DNA from: a virus
Reading direction: 5' to 3' (one strand)
DNA length: 64,000 bases
IMG/VR virus record: IMGVR_UViG_3300037424_000906
Span: 39,780-103,779 of that record
Each line of letters starts with the position of its first letter. Position 1 is the stretch's first letter. Below the pieces are notes generated by a model. The model was given only the letters and a program-made list of their open reading frames with translations. It searched no databases and was not told the origin of the DNA. Below are positions 18,129 through 27,524 of this stretch, piece by piece. The position numbers were made by a program, and so were the translations under genes.

Positions 18129-20351
18129 ATGGCTTCCACGCAGGGCAAGTTCTCGCCCCTGTTCTCCCGCAAAACCGCAGGCGGACCGTTCACGATCGCC
18201 GGTATCGACCAGGTCCCCGGAGACGTGTTCTTCGTCGACTCCGCCGCAACGTCCGCATCGGACGCGGCAACGGCCGGTATCAGCCCCGACCTGCCGTTCG
18301 CGACGCTGGCGTATGCGTTCTCGTCCGACCGGGTCACGTCTGGTGACGTCGTCTATGTGATGCCCGGCCATGCGGAGGACGTCGTTGCCGCCGGGTCGAT
18401 CACGATGGACATCGCCGGGGTACGGGTCGTCGGCCTAGGCCGAGGCACGTCACGGCCGACGTTCACTTTCAAGACCGCGACGACGGCAACGTGGCTGATG
18501 TCGGCTGCGAACGTGGCCGTCGAGAATGTGCTGATCACGACCAGTGGTGTCATCAACATCGCGTCGGCGATCACCGTCACCGGCGCGGACTGCTCACTGA
18601 CCAATGTTGAGATCCGTGACAGTGCAGCCGATTCCCAGTTCGACGACACGATCATCATCGGGACCGGCGGTGCCCGCTGCCGTGTCATCCGGCCGATCAT
18701 CCGATCGCATGCGTCCGGTGACGCTGCCCAGTCGGGAATCCTCATCTCCGCCGCCGTCGACGGGGTCGAGATCGACGACCCGAACATCGACGGCCTGTAC
18801 GCGACCGGGAACATCGAATCGACCGCCGCAGCCACGAACACGATCATCCGCCGCCCGATCCTGCGGCAGCGGCACGCCACCCAGGACGCGGTAATCAACC
18901 TGCACGCATCCAACACCGGGTTTGTCGACGCCGCCCGCATCCGCACCGCGACGAACGACACCGCCGGATTCACCGGCGCATACGTCGGCGCTGCGATGCA
19001 GTTCTACGACATGCTCGTCGTCAACGCCGCCGGTACTGCCGGCTCCTCGCCGGGTACCTTCGCGGTCCCCGACGTGGCCGACGTGCCCGGCAGTGTCTAC
19101 TTCGTCTCCTCGACCGCGACTGGTGCCGCAGACTCGGCGGCGAACGGCACAACGAAAGAGCTGCCGTTCGCGACCCTCTCCTACGCGTTCTCCTCCGACC
19201 GGGTCACCTCGGGCGACACCGTGTATGTGATGCCCAGCCACGCGGAGACCGTCAACGCGGCCGGTGACATCACCATGGACATCGCCGGAGTGACCGTCAT
19301 CGGCCTCGGCAGCGGCTCCAGCCGGCCGACGTTCACGTACGCGACTGACACCGCATCGACGTGGCTGATCAGCGCCGCGAACGTCACGGTCAAGAACGTT
19401 CTGATCACCGCGACCGGGACGATCGACGTCGTCAACGCGATTGCGGTGACCGGCGCCGACTGCCTCCTCGAAGACGTTGAGGTCCGCGAACCGGCTTCGA
19501 CGACACAGTTCGTGGACCCGCTGATCATCAGCACTGGTGCCGCCCGCTGCAGGGTAGTCCGCTACATCTGCCGCTCGCACGCTTCGGGTGACGCGATCCA
19601 GTCCGGAATCCTCATCTCCGCCGTTGTGGACGGTGTTGAGATCGACGACGCCCAGATCGACGGCCTCATGGCCACGGGCTGCATCGAGTCCACCGCCGCC
19701 GCGACGAACACGAAGATCCGACGCAGCGAGCTGCGGCAGCGCCACGCGACGCAGGCCGCAGCAGTCAACCTCCACGCGTCCAACACCGGCATCGTGTCTC
19801 GCGCCGTGGCGTATGTGACGCTGTCGACGGCGCCCGGATTCAACGGCGCCTACGTCGGAACGTCGGCGGTGTTCGACCAGTGCCGGGCTGTCAACACGGC
19901 TGGGTCGAGCACATCCGAGCCGCTGCCGGCACTGGGCCGGCGGGTCGCGAAAGCGACCGGCACGCTCGCCGCGACCACGGTAGCCCTGTTCACCGTTGCC
20001 GGAGGCCGGGTCGGTATCACCGCCATCTACGGCATCGTCGACACCGCAATCACGGTGGCGAACAGCTACAAGCTGGTCAGCAACCCGACCACGGGCACCA
20101 CCATGGATCTGTGCACGGCCACTGACCTCGGCACCAACGACACCCCGGCTGGTGCGGTGCTGTCTATGGCGTCACCGGCGGCGGCGATCACTGGCGGCTC
20201 GAATACCACCGTGTCCACGATCTCCCTGGCTGGGATCGTGCCCATTCCGGTGGGTCAGATCGAGTCCGTGTCGGCTGGTACCGACGGCGAGATCACTTGG
20301 GTCGTGTACTGGGTTCCGTTGGACTCGGGCGCAACGCTGGTGGCCGCCTGA
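18129..20351 (+). CDS. Virion protein with two tandem right-handed beta-helix-like repeats (putative head fibre or spike)
   Basis: 291-aa duplication starting 18207 and 19080; FV.S...PFATL.YA...GD.VYVMP.H.E beta-helix cap. Confidence 0.75.
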   Translation: MASTQGKFSPLFSRKTAGGPFTIAGIDQVPGDVFFVDSAATSASDAATAGISPDLPFATLAYAFSSDRVTSGDVVYVMPGHAEDVVAAGSITMDIAGVRVVGLGRGTSRPTFTFKTATTATWLMSAANVAVENVLITTSGVINIASAITVTGADCSLTNVEIRDSAADSQFDDTIIIGTGGARCRVIRPIIRSHASGDAAQSGILISAAVDGVEIDDPNIDGLYATGNIESTAAATNTIIRRPILRQRHATQDAVINLHASNTGFVDAARIRTATNDTAGFTGAYVGAAMQFYDMLVVNAAGTAGSSPGTFAVPDVADVPGSVYFVSSTATGAADSAANGTTKELPFATLSYAFSSDRVTSGDTVYVMPSHAETVNAAGDITMDIAGVTVIGLGSGSSRPTFTYATDTASTWLISAANVTVKNVLITATGTIDVVNAIAVTGADCLLEDVEVREPASTTQFVDPLIISTGAARCRVVRYICRSHASGDAIQSGILISAVVDGVEIDDAQIDGLMATGCIESTAAATNTKIRRSELRQRHATQAAAVNLHASNTGIVSRAVAYVTLSTAPGFNGAYVGTSAVFDQCRAVNTAGSSTSEPLPALGRRVAKATGTLAATTVALFTVAGGRVGITAIYGIVDTAITVANSYKLVSNPTTGTTMDLCTATDLGTNDTPAGAVLSMASPAAAITGGSNTTVSTISLAGIVPIPVGQIESVSAGTDGEITWVVYWVPLDSGATLVAA

Positions 20352-20442
20352 TGGCTGACGTCGCCGACCGGATGGGGAAGGTCCCGGCTCACGCCGGGGC
20401 CCGCCCCGCCCCCGGCATGTCCGGACGTGCGGCGGTGCGGCC

Positions 20443-20820
20443 ATGACCGTGATGAGGCAGACGCCACCGGTGACGGTGTACGCATCCGCCGCACGCACCG
20501 CCACCCCCACCGCCGTCACAGTCGGGTGCGGACCCAACCGGGGTTTGCACCTGGTCATCGACGTCACCGCGATCACCGCATCACCGTCGGTGGTCCCGAC
20601 GATCGACGGCTACGACCCGCTGTCCGGCATTTACTACAACCTGCTCACCGGCTCGGCGATCACCGGAACCGGAACAACAATTCTCAAGATTTACCCCGGT
20701 ATCGCCACCGTCGCGAACGGCGCCGCAAGTGACGTCGTTCCGGAAACGATCCGCATCACCATGACCCACGCAGATGCGGATTCGATCAGCTACTCCGTCG
20801 CAGCCCACCTGGTCGGCTGA
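20443..20820 (+). CDS. Beta-sandwich structural protein
   Basis: SAARTAT...LVIDVTA motif; virion operon. Confidence 0.65.
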   Translation: MTVMRQTPPVTVYASAARTATPTAVTVGCGPNRGLHLVIDVTAITASPSVVPTIDGYDPLSGIYYNLLTGSAITGTGTTILKIYPGIATVANGAASDVVPETIRITMTHADADSISYSVAAHLVG

Positions 20821-20821
20821 C

Positions 20822-21667
20822 ATGACCGACTACTTCCACACATTGGACCGGGGCAGCGACACGCAGGTCTTCACCGCGACGGACACATGGACGAAACCGT
20901 CCGGGGCCCGGATCGTCGAAGTCCTCCTCATCGCCGGCGGTGGTGGCGGGGCCAGTGGTCGACGTGGCGCTGCCGGAACCGTCCGATGCGGCGGTGGTGG
21001 CGGCAACGGCGGGTCGGTGACCGCATACCGGTTCCTGGCATCAGCTCTGACCGCAACGGTCGCGGTCACGATCGGCACCGGTGGTGCCGGTGGTGCCGCG
21101 CGTACGTCGGACGACACCAGCGGTGCCGCAGGCGGTTCGGGTGTCGCCACAACGTTCGGTGCTTTCGCCCGGGCGGCCGGAACATTAACGGCTGCGGTTG
21201 GCGGCACGGCCTCGGTTGGCACCGGTGGTGTCGCCGGATCCGGATCAACGGCGGGCACCCCCGGTGGGGCCGCGTCCACGTCCGGCGGTGCCGGTGGCAC
21301 CGGGGCCAGCATTTCCGCTGCGATAACCGGCGCCGGTGGTGGCCCTGGCGGTGGCATCACCTCTGGTGACAGTGCGAGTGCCGGCGGGACTGGCGGCTCG
21401 AACTACGTCGGCACTGGCGGCGGCACCGGCGGTGTCGTCGACACCACCGTGCCGACTGTTGGCACGGCTGCTACCGCCGGTCAGGCATTGGGTGGTTGTG
21501 GTGCGGGTGGTGGTGCCGGGTCGATCACGACCGTGGCGCAGTCCGGGGTTGCCGGCGGCCTGTACGGCGGCGGTGGCGGTGGCGGTGGTGCGTCTTTGAA
21601 CGGCAACAACTCCGGTGCCGGTGGTGCTGGTGCTGACGGCGTCGCTCTGATCGTCACCTACTTCTGA
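20822..21667 (+). CDS. Glycine-rich fibre-type virion protein
   Basis: FT..DTWTKP.GA..VEV.LIAGGGGG...GGAGADG.ALIVTY. Confidence 0.8.
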   Translation: MTDYFHTLDRGSDTQVFTATDTWTKPSGARIVEVLLIAGGGGGASGRRGAAGTVRCGGGGGNGGSVTAYRFLASALTATVAVTIGTGGAGGAARTSDDTSGAAGGSGVATTFGAFARAAGTLTAAVGGTASVGTGGVAGSGSTAGTPGGAASTSGGAGGTGASISAAITGAGGGPGGGITSGDSASAGGTGGSNYVGTGGGTGGVVDTTVPTVGTAATAGQALGGCGAGGGAGSITTVAQSGVAGGLYGGGGGGGGASLNGNNSGAGGAGADGVALIVTYF

Positions 21668-21678
21668 GGAGGGTTCGT

Positions 21679-21843
21679 ATGGCTTTGCTGATCTGCGTGA
21701 AGTGCACGACCGCGTACACGGTCGGCGCGCCCGCGTGCCCGCACTGCGGGGGCAAAAAGGCGGTGGAGCAGGGCAGCAAGGGTGATCCGACGCTGACCGT
21801 GCCCGTCGTGGAAGCACCCGTCCAGCCCGTGACGGAGGTGTGA
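21679..21843 (+). CDS. 54-aa Zn-ribbon protein (not in ORF track)
   Basis: AGGAGG SD; CVKC...CPHCG. Confidence 0.7.
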   Translation: MALLICVKCTTAYTVGAPACPHCGGKKAVEQGSKGDPTLTVPVVEAPVQPVTEV

Positions 21844-21844
21844 C

Positions 21845-22555
21845 GTGAGCCCGAAAATCACGCTGCACGGTGGGCCGTCCCACGAAGGCGACCCGCCGCG
21901 GCCATCACGTCGATCGTTCGGTGCCGCGCTTGCTGCCGCCCGGGCAGGGCAGGACGCTCCGCCCGCCGACGCTCCCGCATTGCTGCCGCCGCAGGCCGAG
22001 CCGGTCACGGTGAAGTTCGACCTCACGAACACCGACGAACGGCTCGCCGCACTGATTCGCAGGGTCGTCCGGGTCGACAGCGGCACCGTGGGTGACTCTA
22101 GCGACGCCGCGAAGGTCGACGGCGGCACCGTAACCGGCCCGGTTGTCATCACCCAGGACGACCCGGCCGAGGTGTACGCGACCGGCGGAGTCCTGACCCA
22201 CACGTACATCGTCGGCGAGCAGGGTCCCGAGCCGATCGGTGCCGCCGACCTGGAACGCCTCGACCAGTGGCTCACCGGGCCAGACGAGCCGATGGGCGGC
22301 GTTGAGGCCCCCGCCGACAGCACCATGCACGAACCCGCCACCGAGGTAGAGGGAGGCGAACAGCCATCTCCTGGTACCAGCTCCTCGACATCCTCCGCGA
22401 AGCGCAAGACGACTACCGCGCCCAAGAAAGCGCCCCGCCAGTCGCGTGTTCGTACGACGGCGAACCCCTCGAAGCCGGACCTCGAGGTGGTCTCCACTGC
22501 CGATTCTGCGGACGCACCGCCGACGACCTCCGTTATTGACCCGACCGACGCCTGA
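21845..22555 (+). CDS. Low-complexity Pro/Ala/acidic protein
   Basis: GGAGG SD, GTG start; operon position. Confidence 0.55.
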   Translation: MSPKITLHGGPSHEGDPPRPSRRSFGAALAAARAGQDAPPADAPALLPPQAEPVTVKFDLTNTDERLAALIRRVVRVDSGTVGDSSDAAKVDGGTVTGPVVITQDDPAEVYATGGVLTHTYIVGEQGPEPIGAADLERLDQWLTGPDEPMGGVEAPADSTMHEPATEVEGGEQPSPGTSSSTSSAKRKTTTAPKKAPRQSRVRTTANPSKPDLEVVSTADSADAPPTTSVIDPTDA

Positions 22556-22570
22556 AAGGAGGTGTGACCG

Positions 22571-23632
22571 ATGGCAATCTCAACGCCTGTCTACGTGACC
22601 AGGGAAGAAGTCAAGGCAGCCCTTGACATCAAGGAAACCGCCCGCAGCAACGGGCAGGTTGATCGTGCCATCGAGTCCGCCTCCCGCAGCATCGAAGGGT
22701 TCCTGCACCGCAAGTTTTATCCCCAGGTCGCGACCCGCTACAAAGACTGGCCCAACAACCAGTACGCCCGCCCGTGGCGGCTGTGGCTCGACGCCGACGA
22801 ACTGATCAGCATCACCACGCTCACCTCCGGCGGCGACACCATCGTCGCCGCCGACTACTTCCTCGAACCGGCCAACACCGGCCCGCCGTACACCCACATC
22901 GAAATCGACCTTGACGGCACCGCCTCATGGGGTGGCGGCGACACCCACCAACGCAGCATCGCCATCACCGGCGTGTTCGGACACAGCGCCGACGAAGCCC
23001 CGGCTGGGGCGCTTGCCGAAGCGTTGGACACCACCGAAACCGCTGTGGACGTCACCGACTCGGCGCTGATCGGCGTCGGCCAGATCATCAAGGTCGACTC
23101 GGAACGGATGCTCGTCACCGGCAAAACCATGATGGACACCGCCGTCAACATCGACGCCGCAGACAGCCTCACCGCATCCAACGCCGACGTGTCCATCACC
23201 CTGTCCACCCTCACGAACGCACCCGTCGTCGACGAGATCATCCTCATCGACTCCGAACGCATGCTCGTCGTCGACATCGCCGGATCGGTCCTGACAGTGA
23301 AACGGGCATGGGACGGATCCGTCCTCGCCATCCACGCGGCCAACGCCGACATCTACGCCCCGCGCCGGCTCACCGTCACCCGTGGCGCACTGGGCACCAC
23401 GGCGGCTACGCACGCCGACACGACCGCGGTCGTCAAGCACGTCCCGCCGGCCCTGGTGTCGGAACTGTGCCTGGCCGAGACGCTCAACACCCTGATCCAG
23501 CGCACATCCGGATACGCGCGCACCACCGGGTCCGGGGAGAACGAACGCGAAACGTCGGGCCGTGGGCTGAGGCAGATCCGTCAGGACGCGTGGATCGCGT
23601 ACGGGCGCAAAGCTCGGATGCGATCGATATGA
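22571..23632 (+). CDS. Head-to-tail adaptor with inserted repeat domains
   Basis: YVTREEVK.ALD...AIESASR.IE; two IDSERMLV repeats; VPPALV.ELC. Confidence 0.8.
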   Translation: MAISTPVYVTREEVKAALDIKETARSNGQVDRAIESASRSIEGFLHRKFYPQVATRYKDWPNNQYARPWRLWLDADELISITTLTSGGDTIVAADYFLEPANTGPPYTHIEIDLDGTASWGGGDTHQRSIAITGVFGHSADEAPAGALAEALDTTETAVDVTDSALIGVGQIIKVDSERMLVTGKTMMDTAVNIDAADSLTASNADVSITLSTLTNAPVVDEIILIDSERMLVVDIAGSVLTVKRAWDGSVLAIHAANADIYAPRRLTVTRGALGTTAATHADTTAVVKHVPPALVSELCLAETLNTLIQRTSGYARTTGSGENERETSGRGLRQIRQDAWIAYGRKARMRSI

Positions 23633-24021
23633 CCACGTACACGGTCAACGTCAACGTGTCCGGGCCCATCTTCGACGGCCGCGCCCAGGCCGCCATCGAC
23701 GACACCCTCGCGGAAACGGTGTGGGAGTTGGCGAAGGAAGGCCGGGGCATGCTCGGCGTCCGCTTCGTCCGCGACTTCAAAGAGCCGACCGGCTACTACG
23801 AATCCCGGGTTGAGGCGCAGAAGGTCACCCGCGAGCTGGCCCGCATCCACGACAACGGTGTGGTCTACGGGCCGTGGCTGGAAGGGACCGGATCCCGCAA
23901 CTACCCGGTCACCCGGTTCAAGGGCTACGGGATCTTCCGTGAGGTCACGCAGGAACTGCAGCGCAAAGCGCCCGAGGTGTGCACGCGGATCCTCGCCCGG
24001 CATATCGGGGAGATGGGCTGA
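23629..24021 (+). CDS. HK97 gp10-like neck/tail completion protein
   Basis: PTGYYES, VYGPWLEGT..RN. Confidence 0.75.
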   Translation: MTTYTVNVNVSGPIFDGRAQAAIDDTLAETVWELAKEGRGMLGVRFVRDFKEPTGYYESRVEAQKVTRELARIHDNGVVYGPWLEGTGSRNYPVTRFKGYGIFREVTQELQRKAPEVCTRILARHIGEMG

Positions 24022-24479
24022 TGGCACTCAACACGCAGGCAACCATCGACGCGCTCATGTCGCACGCCCAGGCGTTGGGTCTGTTCGAGCAGTTCGTCGG
24101 CCACGAACCGATCTCCGCCCTCGGCAACGGACTGACTGGTGGGACGTGGGTCAGTGAGATCCAGCCGTACGCCAAGGCGTCCGGTCTGGCAAGAACGGCC
24201 GCGGTCTCGGTCTACGCCGTGCGCCTGTACACACCGGCCGCCCAGCAACCACTGGACGCGATCGACCCGGCCTTGACGAACGCCACGGACCTGCTGATGG
24301 AGGCGTACTCCGGTGACTTCGACCTCGGCGGCAACGTCCGCAACATCGACCTGCTCGGCGAATCGGGTTACCGCCTGCTCGCGAAGGCTGGTTGGCAGAC
24401 GCTCGGCGACATCACCATGCGAATCATGAACATCACTGTCCCAGTGATCATCAACGACGCCTTCACGCAGGCCAGCTAG
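24021..24479 (+). CDS. Putative tail terminator
   Basis: Position; DFDLGGNV motif. Confidence 0.7.
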   Translation: MALNTQATIDALMSHAQALGLFEQFVGHEPISALGNGLTGGTWVSEIQPYAKASGLARTAAVSVYAVRLYTPAAQQPLDAIDPALTNATDLLMEAYSGDFDLGGNVRNIDLLGESGYRLLAKAGWQTLGDITMRIMNITVPVIINDAFTQAS

Positions 24480-24488
24480 GAGGATGAC

Positions 24489-25238
24489 GTGGCAAAACAG
24501 TCGGGACTTGGGGACAACTGCTATGTGGCCGGATACGACCTCAGCGGCGACATCGGTTCCCTGTCGAAGATCGGCGGCGGGCCGAAGCCGCTGGTCGTGA
24601 CAGCGATCGACAAAAGCGCGTTCGAGCGCATCGGTGGTATCCGTGACGGCGGCCTGGAGTACATGGCGTTCTTCAACGACGCCGCGAGCCAGGCCCACCC
24701 ACGACTGTCAACGCTGCCCCGAACCGATCAGATCGTCACGTACTGCCGGGGCACCACATTGGGCAATCCGGCGGCGGCGTGCGTGGCCAAGCAGCTCAAC
24801 TATGACGGCACCCGAGGTGCGGACGGGTCCTTCACCTTCACCGTGCAGGCGCTCGCGAACGCGTACGGGCTGGAATGGGGTCGACAGCTCACCGCAGGCA
24901 AACGCACCGACACGGCGGCAACGAACGGGACTGGCGTCGACTTCACCTCGGCGTCCACGTTCGGCCTTCAGGCGTACCTCCACGTCTTCTCCTTCGTCGG
25001 CACCGACGCCACTATCAAGATCCAAGAGTCGTCGGATAACGGCGCCGACGTCTACGCCGACGTGACCGGCGGCGACTTCACCGCAGTCACGGTAGGCCCG
25101 ACATCTCAACGCATCGCCACATCGGCGACGCTGGCCGTGGAACGGTACCTGCGGGTTGTCACCACCACTTCGGCCGGCTTCACATCACTGGTGTTCTCGG
25201 TGACCGTGATGCGCAACCTGACGGCGACGGCCTTCTGA
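24489..25238 (+). CDS. Tail-tube-like protein with extra C-terminal beta domain
   Basis: AKQSGLG...TAIDKSAFERIGGIRD...FFND, paralogous to 26419-26841. Confidence 0.7.
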   Translation: MAKQSGLGDNCYVAGYDLSGDIGSLSKIGGGPKPLVVTAIDKSAFERIGGIRDGGLEYMAFFNDAASQAHPRLSTLPRTDQIVTYCRGTTLGNPAAACVAKQLNYDGTRGADGSFTFTVQALANAYGLEWGRQLTAGKRTDTAATNGTGVDFTSASTFGLQAYLHVFSFVGTDATIKIQESSDNGADVYADVTGGDFTAVTVGPTSQRIATSATLAVERYLRVVTTTSAGFTSLVFSVTVMRNLTATAF

Positions 25239-25681
25239 TGGGGCGCCCACTCAACCGCATCGTCCCGAACTTGCCGGCTGCGGCGTACAAGACCTATGGC
25301 ATCAGGTCACCCATGGCCACGCACTTCCGGCCTGCGACGTGTGCGGAGGTCGACTGTCAGCCCTACCAGTTCGGTTGGGTTACCACGGTTCCGGCTGGGT
25401 CGCAGGACGAGGCGGTGATTCGCCGTGCCGGCCGACGCTTCTTCGAGGAGCGGGTGGGCGGCGGGTTTATCCAGTTCAAGTTTCCGCCCGGGCAGTCGTG
25501 TTTCAAGGTGTCGACGCATCGGGTGTCGTTGCAGCGTCCGGAGAACTTCGTGGTGCTGGGCGGTGACTGGAGGGGAAACCCGACGGGGTCGCCTGCGGTG
25601 AAGCACACCAAGCCGGAGTTCTGGATCGAAGACTTCGCGGGGCACCAGGACAGGCTGAAAACCGCCCGGGAAAGGGGGTAA
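25238..25681 (+). CDS. Conserved hypothetical tail-region protein
   Basis: ATCAEVDC..Y..GW, F.PGQ.CF...H, GDWRGNP. Confidence 0.7.
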   Translation: MGRPLNRIVPNLPAAAYKTYGIRSPMATHFRPATCAEVDCQPYQFGWVTTVPAGSQDEAVIRRAGRRFFEERVGGGFIQFKFPPGQSCFKVSTHRVSLQRPENFVVLGGDWRGNPTGSPAVKHTKPEFWIEDFAGHQDRLKTARERG

Positions 25682-25722
25682 GCGATGTCGTTAATGGACA
25701 AAGAATCCACTAGAATTGGTCT

Positions 25723-26370
25723 ATGGTCCCCGATTCTAGAGCCTGCACAAAGTGCAGGCTTGACAAGCCCCTGTCCGAGTTCTCTAAGGCACCTCGCGGC
25801 AAGTACGGACGAAAGGCTTCCTGCAAGGCGTGCGACGCGGCGCGCTTCCAGGCCGACTACGTCCCCGCAGTGCCCGACGAGCAGGCCAGGCGCAAGCGAT
25901 ACACCGGCCGTCAGGACGGTCCAAAGACTTGCAACAGATGCCATGTTGCAAGAGATCGAACAGAGTTCCACTCGGGCCATGAAGGCAAGTACGGTCCTGT
26001 CCTCAAGAGCATTTGCAAGCCCTGCCATGCTGCCGCCACCCGTGAGTGGTACAGCCGGAACAGCGATCAGAGCAATACGAACCGCCGCAGGCTTCAACTC
26101 AAGAAGGACTACAACCTCACGCCCGAACAATATGAGGCAATGGTCGTTGCGCAAAACGGCGTCTGCGCCATCTGCAAGAGGCCAGAAAGAACCAAGCGCA
26201 ACGGGAAAGTCATGCGCATGTCCGTCGATCACTGCCGCGAGACGGGGCTTATCAGGGCACTCCTGTGCCATTCATGCAACCGTGCGCTCGGCCTCCTCGG
26301 CGACAGCGTCGAACACATGCGCAAGGCAATCGAGTACCTGCTGCTGCATCGCGCAAAAGCAGTCGAGTAA
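25723..26370 (+). CDS. Endonuclease VII-type HNH homing endonuclease
   Basis: Two CxxC...CKxC repeats; QNGVCAIC...VDHC..TG.IRALLC.SCN.ALG. Confidence 0.9.
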   Translation: MVPDSRACTKCRLDKPLSEFSKAPRGKYGRKASCKACDAARFQADYVPAVPDEQARRKRYTGRQDGPKTCNRCHVARDRTEFHSGHEGKYGPVLKSICKPCHAAATREWYSRNSDQSNTNRRRLQLKKDYNLTPEQYEAMVVAQNGVCAICKRPERTKRNGKVMRMSVDHCRETGLIRALLCHSCNRALGLLGDSVEHMRKAIEYLLLHRAKAVE

Positions 26371-26418
26371 CGGAGGGTGGCCACTACTGCCCTCCACTTA
26401 CCAAGGAGGGCAGTAGCC

Positions 26419-26841
26419 ATCTCGAAGGAATCCGGCCTTTCGTGGACCTCAATGTCCATTGACGACAGTGGTGGCACGCTACGTGATCTCAGGAATGACA
26501 TCACGACGTTCAACTTCAGCACCCCGCGCGCCGTGCAGGACACGACCGGCATCGACAAGTCGGCGATGGAGCGGCTGTTGCTGCTCGCGGACCTGTCCTT
26601 CTCCTGGTCCGGGGTGTTCAACGACGGCACGAACGCGTCCCACGACGTTTTCAAAACCGCGCCCTCCACCAGCGTGGCCAGGGAGATCCTCCTCAACGTG
26701 TCGGGGCAGATCCTCGGCACCACACCTCAGGTGACGGTGCTGCTGACCGACTACGCACTGACGCGTGCGGCGGACGGATCACTCACCTGGCAGGTGCCGG
26801 GGGTCCTTGCCGGCGGCGAAATTCCCACGTGGACCACGTGA
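26419..26841 (+). CDS. Major tail (tube) protein; probable ATC start (alternative GTG at 26377)
   Basis: SKESGL...RAVQDTTGIDKSAMERLLLLAD...GVFND; AAGGAGG upstream of ATC. Confidence 0.75.
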   Translation: MSKESGLSWTSMSIDDSGGTLRDLRNDITTFNFSTPRAVQDTTGIDKSAMERLLLLADLSFSWSGVFNDGTNASHDVFKTAPSTSVAREILLNVSGQILGTTPQVTVLLTDYALTRAADGSLTWQVPGVLAGGEIPTWTT

Positions 26842-26934
26842 TCACGTTGGGTGGCCTCCGCAAATACATGGAGGCCACCCACTGCCGCCAGGCCTGTTCC
26901 AACAAGAAGCGTTCACAGGAAAGTGGGGCCTGAT

Positions 26935-27399
26935 GTGGCCGGTTACGTACGCAAGAACCTGAAGCTGGTCTTCGACGATGAGGAGTTCGAGGGCCTGGTC
27001 GTCTTCGCCCGGCGACTGAACATCGGCCAGCTCCTCGACCTGACCGCGTTGCAGAGCTTGAAGGATCTGGCCGACGACTCGCCGGAGGTTCGCGAAAAGC
27101 TCCAGGAGGTCTTCAACCTCCTGGCGTCGCTGATCAAGTCCTGGAACCTCGAAGAGCTTGAGGACGAGGACGACGACGACGACGACAGCCCACGCAAGCC
27201 CGTACCGGTGACCGGTGAGGCGCTCGCTGCGCAGGACCTCGGGTTTGTCATGGCCATGGTCAACGCGATCCAGGACGCGTCCGCTGGTGTGTCCGCCCCT
27301 TTGGGACGGAGCTCATCCGCTGGGCAGCAGTCCCTGGAGGCGTCGATGCCGATGGAGATCGCGTTGCCGAACCAGGAGAGCTTGCTGACGCCCGCCTGA
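26935..27399 (+). CDS. Tail assembly chaperone (short form)
   Basis: Between tail tube and tape measure; IKSWNL motif. Confidence 0.8.
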   Translation: MAGYVRKNLKLVFDDEEFEGLVVFARRLNIGQLLDLTALQSLKDLADDSPEVREKLQEVFNLLASLIKSWNLEELEDEDDDDDDSPRKPVPVTGEALAAQDLGFVMAMVNAIQDASAGVSAPLGRSSSAGQQSLEASMPMEIALPNQESLLTPA

Positions 27400-27524
27400 T
27401 TTTGGGCCTCTGCGACCGCTTCCACTGCCTTCCGTCACACCTGCTCGCCGAGGACGCGAACCTACTCCGCCTGTTGAAGATCGAACACCTTGGACGCCGA
27501 GAGGAGGGGTCTGCTGATGAGTGA
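27297..27524 (+). other. Programmed -1 frameshift (CCCTTTG) and extended chaperone frame
   Basis: In-frame C-CCT-TTG; -1 frame gives ...LILGLCDRFHCLPSHLLAEDANLLRLL..., stop overlapping the TMP start. Confidence 0.75.

Noticed and set aside
20822-21667. PE_PGRS or collagen-like protein
   Set aside because: No PE domain or Gly-X-Y register; matches the phage glycine-rich fibre pattern
25691-26424. Group I intron around the HNH
   Set aside because: Only about 30 and 50 nt flank the ORF, no recognisable catalytic core, and no U-ending exon/G-ending intron join restores the frame; cannot be fully excluded without RT-PCR
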